A stretch of 64,000 bases of DNA, taken from Octopus sinensis (lineage: Eukaryota). Within the stretch, counting starts at the first letter, position 1, and each line of letters opens with the position of its first letter. The notes under the pieces were generated by a model. That model had not been told where the DNA came from, did no database searches, and saw only the letters and a program-made list of their open reading frames with translations. The stretch covers positions 61,876,001-61,940,000 of the forward strand of contig NC_042998.1 in assembly GCF_006345805.1 (NCBI RefSeq). Reading direction: 5' to 3'. A program made the position numbers and the translations under genes. Positions 11,196 to 26,139 of this stretch are shown in pieces.

Positions 11196-13856
11196 CTAGC
11201 AAAAATACAAATGAAACATACTTGAGATACACATACATGTATAAGTGCTATATATATTTATAAATATGTAAATGTCTAAACTTTTGTATGATATGTATAC
11301 ATATATATATATACAATGATAAAGCATGTGTGTAACTACAAACAAAGCAGACCTCAATATCGTTGAAATAGAAAAATATATGTAAAATATTATATAAAAA
11401 TGGAAAACTCACACACAGAAATACTGAGTTTCATGACAAACCTTAAAAACAAAGCTTTCCAGCTGCTCATCAAGGAATCAATACTTGTACCACTGCTCAT
11501 CAACCATTGTATAAATCTACACACAATGGCTAATGAACAGTGGCATGGGTGTTGATCACTAATTGGCAATTGGACAACTTTGTATTGTGGCTTACCAGGA
11601 AAGTCAGTGAGTCTTTTATGTCTGTTTAACATATGCGTATGTATATACAGGTCGTCATCAACTTATAACCACCATTGGTTCCGACTACTGGTTGTAGGTC
11701 AGCCTACATAGCTTTCTTAAGGTAAATTCTCAGGTAGAAGTCACACACAGTATTCTGTATTATACTACTATACTGTCGTTAGTCAAAAGTTTCAGAGTCT
11801 CAAGCAGTCATCTTATAAACAAATACAAGGTTGCCTCAATGTTTCCACAACAGGATAGTCATCCAACACAGTGGGAATCGATAACCAAACCTAGGGGAAG
11901 CGTTTGTTGGCTGACATCATCCGTAGACAGGTTAATTTCTAAGAAATTAAACCTATCAGATTTCAACTGGACTACTTATTATTGCTGCCAGGAGCTGGTA
12001 CGCCAATCATTGTAAAGTTGATTGGTTGTAAGCCAGATAGGTCATAAGTCGACATGCTGAGACCCCCTTCAGTCATGACTGACCATGGGATTGCACTTAG
12101 AAAGTTACCCTCCCAGGCACAAGTCTGGGCAAGGTTCTTTATGGAAAACCAGCAGTCACCCATGCATACCAGCCTCCCCTCTCCACGCCACCAGTGTTAT
12201 CCAAGGGAAAAGCAAGTGCCAATGCAGCTGGCACCTGCGACGTCGCAACTCATTTCTACAGCTGAGTGAACTGGAGTAATGTGAAATAAAGTGTCTTGCT
12301 CAAGAACACAGCACGTAGCCCGGACCAGGATTCGAACTCACAACCTCATGCTCGTAAGCTCAATGCTCTAACCACTGAGCCATGTGCCTTCACAACAACC
12401 TGTATACATATGACTTTTATTGATTTCAGTCATTAAAAGAAAGGAAGGGTTTCCTCAATTAAATCAACCTCTGTACCTAATTTTGAAGTTTGATATTTAG
12501 TCTACCAGTCTCTTTCTCTCACCAAACCTCTCTCTTGGATCCAGAGACAAAGCACAAATGGGATAGCTGCAATGTCTTTTCATCCGACGTAACTTCATCA
12601 AATGTCTTTTCGGCCACATCTTTGAGACTGACATCTTTTTCACCGATGATTTTTTTTCATTCAACGATAAATCATATCAATAAAATTTTCAATGATTATT
12701 TGATTTTGATGTTCACTTTGTTTTCTAAAGAGTTCTTTTATTCTTTTACTTGTTTCAGTCATTTGACTGCAGCCATGCTGGAGCACCGCCTTTAGTCGAG
12801 CAAATTGACCCCAGAGCTCATTCTTTGTAAGCCTAGTACTTATTCTATCGGTCTCTTTTGCCAAACTGCTATGTTACAGGGACATAAACACACCAGCATC
12901 GGTTGTCAAGCGATGTTGGGGGGACAAACACAAACACATATACACACACACACACATACATACATATATATACATGACTACCAAATCCACTCAGAAGGCT
13001 TTGGTCGGCCTGAGGCTATAATAGAAGTCACTTGCCCAAGGTGCCAAACAGTGAGATCTGTGTGGTTGGACCATGTGGTTGGTAAGTAAGCTACTTACCA
13101 CACAGCCACTCCTGCGCCTATTTAACATTTATTTAAAATTAGACAAAAAGTTGTTGAACAGAAAAAATCATCAGACAAAAAGATGCCGTGCCAAAAGACG
13201 TGGACGAATGGACATCCAACGAAAAGACGGGTCATGATAGGATACATACATGTCATAATGTAAATGTGTGGTGCCTAGGCACAAAGATGCACGTTACCAC
13301 TATCATCATTTAATGTCCATTCTTTAATGCATGCAGGAGTCACACAAACTTTCATAAATGCATATTTTATGCAGCCAGATGCACTTCCAGTCATCAGCAC
13401 ACATCTATTTCCAAGTAAGGTGACATTTTCCCAGGCCACACGTTTTTCATGGAAGACTGGAAATGAACAACATCACTCTTATGATAATGATGCTCATTTA
13501 CAATCCTCATGTGATGATAGAGGCACACAAACATTCACACATACATACATTACATATACACACACACACATACATACATACATACATACATGTATATGTA
13601 TTTATAAACACAGAATAGGCTTCTTTCAATTTCCATCTACAAATCCATTCATGAGGCTTTTGTTGGACAGGAGCTATAGCAGAAGACACTGGCCCAAGAA
13701 GCTTTACAGTGACACTGAACCGAAAGCTACATCATTGGGAAGCAATTTTCTTAACTATGCAGCCTCATACAACATTTAATCTAGTTTCTCTTCATCTCTA
13801 ACAGATTCATCCTCACAACCCCAAAATTAAAAAATTGTAAGGATCTCCTTGACTAC

Positions 13857-13913
13857 CTGTCTGTATTTTTTCTTTACTTCAGGCATAGGCATATCAGGGT
13901 CAATTTGAAGAAC
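13857..13913 (-). CDS. DNAJC8: DNAJC8 coding exon 3 (VLQIDPDMPMPEVKKKYRQ)
   Basis: ttttcag|GTT...AGA CAG|gtagtc, 57 bp. J-domain helix I/II; visible inside track ORF 13827..14024. Confidence 0.95.
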
Positions 13914-14084
13914 CTGAAAAAAGAGAACAAAACAACATAAAATAACAACAAATATTGAAGTATACAAAGCATTAACATTGCGATATATATCATGTGATGG
14001 TAGAAGTTGAAGCCAAATTGACAATAATGGTTAAAAACTGGACTTGGTTCAAAACTGGGAAAACTGAGAGACATTTAAGAAAAG

Positions 14085-14320
14085 CTGTGGAATCGGAGTC
14101 GTGGAGTCGGATCAGAAACAATTAAGGGGTAGCTGGAGCCAGAGTCGATAAAACTATACTGACTCCGACTCACAATATCTTTATTCTTTTATATAAATTA
14201 GTTATAACATACAAGCCTACTCAAAGTACATGCGTATGCATATGCTTTATGAGATATGTGGACCACGATTACGAAAAGAGGAGTCAGAGTTGGAGACAAA
14301 GTTTGTTTCGGCCCTGCATT
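14085..14320. mobile_element. GGAGTCGG-type MITE fragment; an inverted copy lies at about 23720-23877
   Basis: gctgtggaatcggagtcgtggagtcgg terminus; about 160 bp are shared in reverse complement with 23720-23877. Confidence 0.55.
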
Positions 14321-17300
14321 TAAGTATCAGTTTTGTAATCTTTTTGGTGTAGGAATCACACTAAAACAATTGTCAAAAACACTGAATTAGCAGATCTTGA
14401 TTATGGAACTGCAGGAAATTGTCGTTCATTATTCAGAGTTAAGAAAATGTATATATATAAAAACAACACCTAGTACATTCTATATATATAAAAAAAATAC
14501 GCCCAGTACATTCTATCACGTGGTTGGCATACAAAGTTTTCCAGCAGTAGAAAACTTGTCAAAACAGACAATTGGAACCTGGTACAGTTCTCTGGCTTGC
14601 CAGCTCCTGTCAACCCTTCCAACCCTTGCTAGTATGGAAAACAGATATGAAATGGTGGTGATGATGATGATTGTGGTGGTGATTGGCAGCAAATATGAGG
14701 ATATAAATTCACCAATATAAACAACAGGACCAGAGAACCTTTACAGAGAGTAGAGAGAGTATATAATGCAGAAAAGATGTACATATTTGATTGTGTGGAG
14801 AAAGAATGAATTAATGAATGAATGAATGAATGAATGAATGAAGGAAGGAAGGATGGATGGATGGATGTAGTAGGTTGTCTAGACTGCAAATGTACAGTGG
14901 ATTTGTATAGAGCACAAACATAGATATGTATGCAGTCCATTGTATAGAACAAAAATGTAGGGGAAGTGTATAGAGTCCATTTTATGGGCCATATATAAAG
15001 AAGAGATGTGTATAGCCTATTGTGCAGAACACAATGTAGGAGAGGTGTATAGAGTCTATGGAACACAAATGGGGGAATTATATATAGTGCATTGTATAGA
15101 CCAGAAAAAAATCTGTAATAAGTGTCATCTGAGATTTAACTTGATCCTTAGGAACATAAGGTACAGCTTGTTCATGTGGGCGGTTATTTTAAAAGTCATG
15201 AAACTACATGATGTAGATAGCTTGTATCTATTACTTTATTGGTTTCAGTCATTGCCTTAGAGTGTTTTATTAAAAGTAGTAAGCCCAGGCAAACACATTA
15301 TTGTTCTAAGAGAGCAAAGAACAAGTCTTGCACTGCTGAAGGCTGAAGCAGTCAATGGTTCGATGGATGTGTTGAATGTATTGTCTGAAGTTGTAGAAGA
15401 GAACATCTACAATGGACTAATAAAAAACATACAGCCCTTGTATCCAGGCTATAGATTCTCATGGAGCATTTTAACCAATTATACTGAACCTCCAGAGATT
15501 TGTCTGGTACTCCCAACCATAAACACACACACACACACACCAAGTAAATGAGAATGCTATAAGTAGAAGCTGTACTCATCCTCTCCCCTATCTCACCCCA
15601 ATATCTATGATACCCTTCTGACTCTCTCTCACTGCTCTCAATACAGTCATCCACTACTCCACCCCCTCACCTCTCTGGCTCCCACTGTCCTCTCTCCACA
15701 ACTTCTTTATCACCTCATCACCACCCACCTACATCACATGTCCTTCTCTCAACCCCAACCCCACCTCTCTTTCACTTCTCGACTTCACACACCTCTTTCT
15801 TTCAGTGACACCCTCTCCATTACCCTCATCTCTATCTTTCTGTCATGCACCACTCTGCCCAAATAACCCAGCCATATTCACTCTTATAACAGGGGATAAC
15901 ACTGAATCAGTCCTACTCAACTTATACCATCATCCTGATCCCTGTCCTCTCTCTCTCTAATCTACTCTTTCTCTCCCTTTTCCTCTCTTCCTTCCACTAC
16001 TCCCGGCCAAAAGTTTCCTCTAACTCTCTATGCTACCACCTTTTCACAACAATGTCTGTTCCCTCAACATCTCACCTGAAGTCCTCAGTCTCTCCTGTTC
16101 TCCCTTTTAGCTATGAGGGTTCTTTAGTTGTGTGAGTTCCAAGAGAACTTCACTAACATAGGTGCTAAGTTAAAAAAAGCACTCAATACATTGTAAAGTT
16201 GTTGCCAAACTGAGCAGACATAACACGTGACCAAGAGGACACTTTAGTGTTGCTGAGGGTAAGAAAACCCCCACAATGTTGGTGCCATGAAAAAAATGCA
16301 CCCAATACATTCTCTAAAGTGAACGGCTTGAGAAAGGGCATCCATCTGTAAAAACTATGCTGAAACTGAGATGTTGGAAGAGCCAAAGATGGCCTTCCAA
16401 CCCATTGGATCTTGTCAAACATTCCAACCCATGTCAGTGTGGAAAGCAGACTTCAAACAGTTATTCTTTTGAGAAACGAGACTTATCATCATCATCATCA
16501 TTTAGCATCCATGTTCCATGCTGGCATGGATTGGACAGTGTGACAGGATCCATAAGGCCCAAGGGACTGCATTGTGCCCCTAGTGTCTGCTTTGGTATAG
16601 TTCCTATGACTGGATGCCCTTCCTAACTCCAACTACTTTAAAGTGGGGGGCTCTTTTGTGGTGCCAGTGTTAGTGTGGCCACCAAGCAGCTTGCAAAACT
16701 ATGAACCTCTAGTGGGGAGGAGAAACTTTAGGCTAGTAGGATTAGGGGTAAGGTATAAGAGAAAGGGCCAGAGAAGAACAAGTTTCTTGCTGTAGTGCAT
16801 TGCATTTGTCAAGTGCCATGCACAAAACTCTCAAACTTTGAGACATTTATATATTCTTTTCTATTCTAGGCACAAGGCCTGAAATTTTGCGGGAGGAGGC
16901 CAGTCGAATAGATCGACCCCAGTATGCAACTGGTACTTAATTTATCGACCCCCAAAAGGATGAAAGGCAAAGTCAACCTTGGCAGAATTTGAACTCAGAA
17001 TGTAAAGACAGACAAAATACCGCTAAGCATTTCGCCCAGGAAACATTTCTGCCAGCTCACCACTTTTTGAGACATTTATATAGCCTTAGAGCTAAAAATA
17101 AAATACACACACAAATACTGTCAAATCATTAATGGATATATTACCATTGTTTAACCCATTCAGATTACTCCATCAAATGTAATGCTTATCTATTTGCATT
17201 GTTTTCAATTAATCATACATTATCTCATAGCTTCAAGATTTCAATGATGTGATTATTTATTTTTAGAATGACATTGTAGAGTAGGTGTGAGACGCTGGAT

Positions 17301-17588
17301 CGGCCTGGTTTGAACATAACTGATAGTATACTTGGGTCAGAGAGGAAAACTAGGGAGGACCTGTGTTGGTAAATAATAAAAACAAAATTCACAAAGTAAG
17401 AATGAATTAGTTTGCAATGAAGAAAAGGAGAGATCACAGAAGGGCTCACCTCACGCATCAGGTTTTTCCCTTAATTACAGTAAAATAACTAATTTTACTG
17501 TGAATCTTCTTAGTGGTTAACTTGATTAATTTTCCATTCATTTTTTAAAAATAAAATAGTCAAATGAAGTGAGAAAATGTAAACTTAC

Positions 17589-17690
17589 ATCAAAAGGATT
17601 CAAGTTAAAATATGTGGATCCTGGTCTTGTAAGACGATCAATCTGTTCTTTAGATGTGAGACATGCATCTCGTTTTTCAATTTCTTTCAC
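17589..17690 (-). CDS. DNAJC8: DNAJC8 coding exon 2 (VKEIEKRDACLTSKEQIDRLTRPGSTYFNLNPFD)
   Basis: tgttttctag|GTG...TTT GAT|gtaagt, 102 bp. Very close to the DNAJC8 family sequence VKQIEKRDSVLTSKNQIERLTRPGSSYFNLNPFE. Confidence 0.97.
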
Positions 17691-20600
17691 CTAGAAAACA
17701 CAACAGAGAAATTATAATACAATATAAGCATTTTTAGAATTTATTCACATAAATTACTCTTCCTCTACTTCCTCCCTGATCCTCTGTCCATATTCTCTTT
17801 TATACATTGATAGCATGCTTTGGTACCTTATCATCTTAATTATCTGAAGTCCCCTTTAGTGTGGCTGACATTAAAAAGGGTTCCCAGCTACAGAAACTAT
17901 GCCAAAACAGAAATAGGGGCTCTGCACAGTCTTCTGGTTCATCAATTCCTGTTGAACCATCCAACTCATGCCAGCAAGGAAAATAGGTGTATGGTGATGG
18001 TTATAATAAAAAATCTTTACCCTTTTTCTTTATACTTTATGCAGTTGTTAACAAAACTAAACAAATATGTGGAGCAATATAATGATGAAATAATTATACA
18101 GTAAGAGAATAAAAACATTAGTTACTGATAATATTTTAATTACATCTTTAAGTATGGGAGACAAACCCAGACAGGTTTCTGTCTTATTATAAGCTCATTT
18201 TATTATATCAAAGCACGCACTACTTCTGATTAAGTACACTAGTTCATTAGTTGAACTGGTGTCTAGTGTCAAACTCGGTTGCAATACAACAACCAGGTTC
18301 AACATGAGACACCTGAAGAAGGCTGGAGCATACAACAGCTGAAACCTAGTGGAAGCAACAATCAAGACAAGGACACCCGTTTGACTAATATAAACAGTAT
18401 TATTTCCTTAATGTAAATTCCTCATCTCAGAAACATCGAATTGAACTATTTCTGAGTTATTTATTCTCTAGACTTTTCTATTTCTCTTTGCCAACCAATG
18501 TCAAATATTCTAGATTTACTTAGAGATTCTCTATCAACAAGTACAGTCAAATCTCTACTTTGCCAATGGTATCTCTTAAACTTGCCAAAAGAATCAAAAC
18601 AATATTAGGCTAGGACTGATTAATATCGATTTAGCCTCATAACATATAGGTGGCAAGCTGGAAGAATCGTTAGCAAGCCAAGCAAAATGCTTAGCGGTAT
18701 TTTGTCTGTCTTTACGTTCTGAGTCCAAATTCTGCCAAGGTCGACTTTGCCTTTCATCCTTTCGGTGTCGATTAAATAAGTACCAGTTACATACTGGAGT
18801 TGATCTAATCGACTTAATCCCTTTGTCTCTCCTTGTTTGTCCCCGTGTAGGCAATAAAGAAATAAAAACAATTATTTCTAATTGGTTTCCTTAATATTTA
18901 CTAAACTGTATATGTTAACATTAATTCAACAGGTGAAGGGCAAAACAATAACCATGATGCAAAGGGAAATAAAGCATTCTGTCTGATGTTTTACCCACTT
19001 CAGCAGACCTGTGCCATGTAAAAAAAGCACCAAGGACACACTGTAAAGTGGATGGCATTAGGAAGGGCATCCAGCTTGCCAGCTCCTGTCAAACCATCCA
19101 ACATGGAAAATGGACAGTAAATAATGATGATGGCATCAATCATGTGGTTTTGGGTTCAGTCCCATTGCATGGCATACTCAAAAGTGTCTTCAACTATAAG
19201 CCCTGGGCCCACTGAAGCCTCATAAGCAGATTAACTAGATGGAAACTCAAGTATGGTTGTGAATGAGTAGCACCATCATACAAGTGATGTTTGCTGTCGG
19301 TTTTCCATGAAAAAGATGTCTGACCATGGGAAATATCACCTTCCTTGGAAAAAAGTGAAGGTTGGTGACTGGAAAGGCATCCAGCTGACCCACACAAGCA
19401 TAGAAAAATGGACACTGAACGATGATGATGATTTTTTTGAAAACTCGAGTGATCAAAAATCTGTTAACAGTATTATAATGTATTACTGATCAATAATCTT
19501 ATTCCAGCTCTTTACATAACAAGTTCAAATCCTGTCAAGATCAACTTTATCTTTCATCCTTTACTTTTCAAGGTCAATATACTAAAGTACAAATCAAGTA
19601 CTGGCATCAATGTAATAGACAAAGCCTTCCAGTTCAAAATGTGCTTTTGATGTATGGGAAAGTGTGGGGAGCCTATTGATAGCTTCATGATTTGCTAACC
19701 ACTCCTCAAACACATATATAATCCCCTCCCCTCAATCAGTAGCATAGAATATTCAGTTACCATCAGAGCGGAGAGCCTAATTTACATATTTGTGCTTTAG
19801 ACAGCTCATCAATGCTTGATATCTATTTTTTGAACACCACAGCATGAATGAGTAAAAAATGAAATAAATTTAAATATTACAAAATCTTGCTATAAATTAG
19901 GCTGCCCACTATGGCGCTAGCCTAATTTATGACTGCCTTAACTAGGGAAGTAAACCAGTTATGTTTTCCCTAAGAAGCTGTCAACAATTTTGTTAAAACA
20001 ATGTCAGGAAACTTATACCTCTTTTTGTTGTGGTGTGTACACACACACATCATCATCATTGTTTAACGTCCACTTTCCATGCTAGTATAAGTTGGACGAT
20101 TTGTCTGAAGCCTGGCGAACCAGATGGTTGCACCAGACTCCAATCTGATCTGGCTGAGTTTCTACAGTTGGATGCCCTTCCTAATGCAAACCACTCTGAG
20201 AGTGTAGAGGGTGCTTTTACGTGCCACTGGCACAAGAGCCAGTCAGGCAGTACTGGAAAAGGCCATGCTCAAATGGTGCTTTTTATGTGCCACCTGCACA
20301 GAAGCCAGTCCAGCGACACTGGCAACGGCCTCGCTCAAATACACACATATATATATAGTGTTTTGTGTGTAGAAAGAAATGTGAGTACATTCTTATTTTT
20401 CTCACAGTGAGGCTTTGACTTTTTAAATTTCACTATATAAACAAGCAAGTGTGTGTGTGTGTGTGTGTGTGTGTAAATATATGATGATGATCTATAAATA
20501 TATATATTTGTGTGTGTATATATATATATATATATACACAGACACACTAGAACTGTAATACACAGATGAATTTCATAGATAGTAAACAAACATCAACATC

Positions 20601-21559
20601 TGATAACCACCAGAAACTGAACTTTTACTGATGCAGATATCAGCAATGTGCATTTTTTTTTTCGTTTTGTAATATAACGTTATCTTTGTATTGAAAGCAT
20701 ATGTATTATTGAATATGGAGAGGCAAACAAATGAATTATATATATGGAATCATGTACAAATGTACGTTTGCATATGTGTGCATGTATGTGTATATGTATA
20801 TACACCACATGCACATACACATGTATTTGTTGCTGCATTTATATGTATTTGTGCCTGCATGTTGTAGGAGGAAATCCAGAAAAAAAAATATGAATGGAAA
20901 GAGAAATAACATTTATAGATAAAACAAACACAGTTTAGATTGTGAAGCAAGCAGTGAAAGATAAAAAAAAAATTATTCTTTTTAACTCCAATCCCATGAA
21001 GAAAACCTACAAATCCTTCCCTTGTAGTCTTATCTAGTTAATAACTAGAGCTTATATAACGACATGAGTAATCTGTTACAAATTTGCATCAGCATCACTA
21101 TCATCGTATTTTGGATTGATTGCAACAGAATATGGAATAGAAAATTTGGTAAAACAATCTCTGATAGACAACATGTGTGCATGTGTGCAGTAAAGTGCAT
21201 GATAGCTACTGCAGAGCTGAACCTCATACTCTCATTTCATTTCATATTGTATGAGCAATACATTTATGTATATATACAGAGATACATATATATGCACAAA
21301 TGCAGAAACACTCATACACATTACATATACATTGTCATAGTTTACATGGGTTGGCCAGAGTTTAGTGAGGCAGATTTTACTATGGCTGAATGCTCATTCT
21401 GTCACCAATCCATACCCGTTTCCAAGCAAGGTAATATTTCCCTATAGCCCGACATGTTTCCATTAAATATTACAAATGAATGACATTCATTTACATTAAC
21501 CATGTGATGCCGAGACAAGGAGACACAAATATACACACACATGATCTTCAACCATTGGG

Positions 21560-22470
21560 CCTCATGGAGGCAATGACAAGTGAGACCTTTAATGACATGC
21601 CTTGCTGGAGAAGACACATCAAGCCAAGTGAAATTGCAGTCATGGCCAATAACAGTGTTGTGTAACTGGCACTCGTGCCAGTGACACGTAGAAAGTATCC
21701 TTCAAACATTGAGCAATATGCTGTGTTTTAGAAGACCTGTCATGCCAAGTGAAATCGTTGTTGTGGCCAATGCTAGTGTCACATATCTAGCACCCATGCT
21801 GGTGACACCTAAAAAGCACCCTTCAAACTTTGGGCCTCACAGAGGCAGTGATAAGTGTCCAAGACCTTTGACAATATACCGTGCTTGAGAAACCTGTCAA
21901 ACCAAGAGAAGTTATAGCTGTGGCCGATGCCAGTGTTTTGTAAATAGCACCCATGCCAGTGGCATGTAATAAGCACTCAGTACACTCATGGAGTGGTTGG
22001 CATTAGGAAGGGCATCCAGCTGTAGAAACCACGCCACATCAGAACCTGGTGCAGCTCCCCAACTTACCAATTCTCAATCAAACCGTCCAATCCATGCCAG
22101 CATGGAAAACAGACATTAAATGATCATGATGATATATGCCATCATCATTCAGCATCCACTTTTCCATGCTCCAATAGGTTGAACAAAATTTTTTGAAACG
22201 GATTTTTCCTTGGCGGATACCTATCCTGTCACCAACCCGTACCTGTTTCAGCCAAGTGAAATCACTGTTGTGGTCAATGCCAGTGTTTTGTAAATGGCAC
22301 CCATGCCAGTGAGAGGTAATAAGCACCCTGTACACTCTCGGAGTGGTTGGCATTAGGAAGGGCATCCAACTGTAGAAACCACGCCACATCAGAACCTGGT
22401 GCAGCCTCCCAACTTACCAGTTCTCAGTCAAACTGTCCAACCCATGCCAGCATGGAAAACCGGTATTAAA
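21560..22470 (+). mobile_element. Older RTE 3'-UTR copies with about 120-bp internal repeats and a duplicated terminal block
   Basis: Shares the conserved tail motif ggcattaggaagggcatccagctgtagaaacc. About 21930-22110 is repeated at about 22280-22460. Many further short tail fragments occur (e.g. 6654-6960, 7470-7700, 16150-16790, 20050-20340, 25150-25700, 27290-27620, 28185-28560, 33040-33220, 45955-46345, 51590-51870). Confidence 0.7.
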
Positions 22471-22635
22471 TTCTTCTATGACCAGACATGTTATGATGGA
22501 AGATTGGAAATGAAGGACACTAATTGCATGATGGTAACATTCATTTACAACCAGGGCCATGGAGTCAAAACAAAAAAACTTTGACTCCAACTCCTCTACT
22601 ACTGGCACCTCTGACTCCAACTCCTCTTTATGTAA

Positions 22636-23707
22636 TTAACCCTTTCGTTACTATATTTCTGACCAAAATACACCCCTTATGTGTTTCAATTAATTTCTAA
22701 TATAATCATAAATTTAGTCTGGTTTCATTAAACTATAACTTTTTTATTTATCAATATATTAATGTGATTTTTGGAAGATAATTTAATGAAATGTTCTCAA
22801 CCAATTCTATACTATAATTTTTGTCACAAAGTGACTCTAATTGCAGGTAGATACAGGTAAATTCAACAAAATATAAAATTATTAAAATTTTTGTTCAAAC
22901 ATCGCTATAGAAAATGGGTTATTAGCTAATATTTAATTGGGTATACAACAAAATTTTACTATAGAATTTGTTATTCTGGGTAACTTTCTGATACCCATAA
23001 TGATATTTATGGCAAAATAGGCTTAATTTCATTTAAGGTTGTGGGAAACCACAAACTATCCTTTCTTTCGCTTTGTTTACATTTAGCGTAACAGTTCGTT
23101 TCTGCCGTAATGATTTCAAATAGGCTCATTCGAAAAAGTAAATAGAAATAGTCTAAGGCTTTACTTTCCTGGGAAAGACTGTAGCTTGGTCCAGTTTCTT
23201 CAGAAAAATCACCGAGAGAAACAGTTTTTAAATTTTAACTCCATTCAGGTGCCAATTTATTTTCTTTATTGCTGTCGGAGCTCTCGGATTCACTGTTTTC
23301 ACTTTCGGAAAATGAAACATCGGATTCATTATCAATTACCTCGTGCTTTTTTTTCAGTCATAGAGTTAGATTTATCAAGGTCTTTAGTAGAAAAGCCTTC
23401 GAATTCTGACTCGCTGCTTGATATAATGAAATTCGTATCCATTTTTTGTCAGAATTACAAATTTTGAAAACACAATAGGAACAAATTTCGGAAAAAAATC
23501 TCCCAAAATTCACGGAATTAAAATTACACTTCGATCATTGTACAAAACTGTAGATGAACTGTTTACGAAGTATAATCACATGTTTTCACAAATGTACTAA
23601 AGAGATTTGCTCTGATATTATCATTTAAATGTGAATAGGTAAATACGGGCGGGTTTGGTCACATTAACCAAAATTTTTTTCGGGCGGTTTGGTAACCAAA
23701 GTGTTAA
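22636..23707 (-). mobile_element. piggyBac-like non-autonomous element, about 1.07 kb
   Basis: TTAA at both ends; imperfect TIRs TTAACCCTTTCGTTAC and GTAACCAAAGTGTTAA. Internal acidic ORF start MDTNFIISSSESEFEGFS at about 23330-23443 (minus). CpGs are retained. Confidence 0.65.
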
Positions 23708-24364
23708 GTGATTATGTTCTACAAATAAAGCATATGCATACGTTTGTACTTTGAGTAGGCCTGTATATTATAACTGATTTATATTAAAGAATAAAGAGAT
23801 TGTGCGCCAGAGTCGGTATAATTTTATTGACTAATTCCAGCTACTTCTTAATTGTTTCTGACTGACCCAACAGCCCTATTTACAACTATGTGATAACAAA
23901 GCAAGGAGACAGTAACACACACATAACCCATATACAGATGGGCTTCTTTCAGTTTCCATCCACCAAATCCACTCACAAGGCTTTGGTCAGCCTGGGGCTA
24001 TAGTAAAAGACACTTGCCCAAAGTGCAATGTAATGAGACTGAAGCCGAAATATTGTGGCCGGAAAGCAAACGTCTTACCAGGCAGCTATGTCTGTGCCTA
24101 ATATGTTGGGTAGTACTTCCCACTCAGTCCGTCCCATATCCCATTCACATACATACTCTCTTACTTGTTTCAGTCATTTGACTGTGGCCATGCTGGAGCA
24201 CTGCTTTTAGTCGAGCAAATTGATCCCAGGACTTATTCTTTGTAAGCCTAGTACTTATTCTATCGGTCTCTCTTGTCAAAGCGCTAAGTGATGGGGACGT
24301 AAACATACCAGCATCGGTTGTTAAGCGATGTTGGGGGAACAAACAGAGACACACATTATATATA

Positions 24365-24396
<32 letters not shown>

Positions 24397-24852
24397 CACG
24401 AGCAAAACGCCCCCCCCCGTCCAATGGACGATGCTAAGTTGCCAAACATTTAAACCAAATTTTCTCAAAACAACTTGTCCAACCGTCCCATAGGCCTCCC
24501 CTTTGAGAAATATTGATTTAACCTAAATTTGAGACACCAGCTAAAGAAGAAATAAAGATAGACTTTTTCTCTATTCCAAAGAAAAATGATTTTATTCACA
24601 CAAATATGCAGCCGAAGAGTTTAAAGTACCAGTAAGTACATCGCAACACCTGATGTACTTGTGCGTACAAATGCATGTTCCCATGGCTTTATCGATCGCA
24701 TTCTCACCTGGAATCGATTTTTGTAATTTTTTCAAGATTTATAAACGCCCTGATACCGTCAGTATCTACACATCAAATTTGAGCACAACTGGATGGAGGA
24801 TGCCCAAGATCCTAGAAGACACACACAGACAAAACGGATTTTTTTTTAATAG

Positions 24853-24897
<45 letters not shown>

Positions 24898-26139
24898 CAT
24901 ACATACAAACATATATACGACTGAACCTGGAACCATGTGGTTCATAAGCAAGCTACTTACCACACAGCCATGCCTGTGCATTCACATGTAGCACAGGCAT
25001 GGCTGTGTGGTTAAGGAGCTCACTTTGCAACCATGTGGTTTCAGGTTCAGTTTAACTGTGCAGCAACAGTAGTGTCAGCCTTCTACTATAGCCCCAAATC
25101 AACATTTGTTTTGTAAGTGAATTTGGTCAACAGAAACTGTGTGGAAGCCCATCACCATCATTTAACATCTGTTCCCACCCATGCTAGCATGGAAGACGGA
25201 CATTAAACGATGATGATGATGATGTCCATGCCGGTATGGGTTGGACAGTTTGACTAGGGTAGGTAAGCTGGAAGGCTGCACCAGACTCCAATCTGATTTG
25301 ACATGGTTTTCTACAGTTGAGTGTCCTTCATAAAGCCAACCACTCTGAGAGTGTAATGGGTGCTTTTATGTGCCACCAGTATCTGCTATGACAGCAATTG
25401 ATGGGTCTTCTTCTCAAGCACGACAATGCCAAAGGTCTTGGTCATTGCCTCCATGAGGCCCAATGCTCGAAAGGAACTCGGCCACTTTACCTCCATGCGG
25501 CCCAACGCTCAAAAGGTACTCTTTATGTGCCACCAGCAAAGGTGCCAGTTACGTGACGTCAGCATCAGCCATGAATATGATTTCACTTGGCTTGACAGGT
25601 CTTCTCAAGTGCAGCATATTACCAAAGGTCTTGGTCACTAGTCATTTCCTCTGTGAGGCTCAAAGTTTGAAGACCATGTTTCATCATGTATAAATATGTC
25701 GACGTGAGTATCTTTGTGATTGTGTTTGTTGCCTACCATCACTGATAACCACTGTTGGTTTGCTTACATCCCCACAACTTAGCAGTTTGGCAACAGAAAC
25801 TGATAAAGTACCAGACTTAAAAAATAAGTATTGATGGTTGATCTATTTGATTAAAACTCTTCAAGGAGGTGCTCCAGCATGGTTACAGTCCAATGACTGA
25901 AATAGTAAGATAAAAGATGTTCATGCACACACACACACACACCAGTAGTTGCTGTACTGGAGAGACCCACCCTCCCTATACAAACTAGTAAAAAGAGACA
26001 TAATGATGAGAAAGAGATTGCTAGTATACAAGTGTTTCTCAGCTTCTACAGCCAAATGATCTGATATTTACAGGTAAGTGAATTAAATTGTAAGTGCTGT
26101 TCAAACATAAACTAACCATACAGATACGAATTGTGTTTT

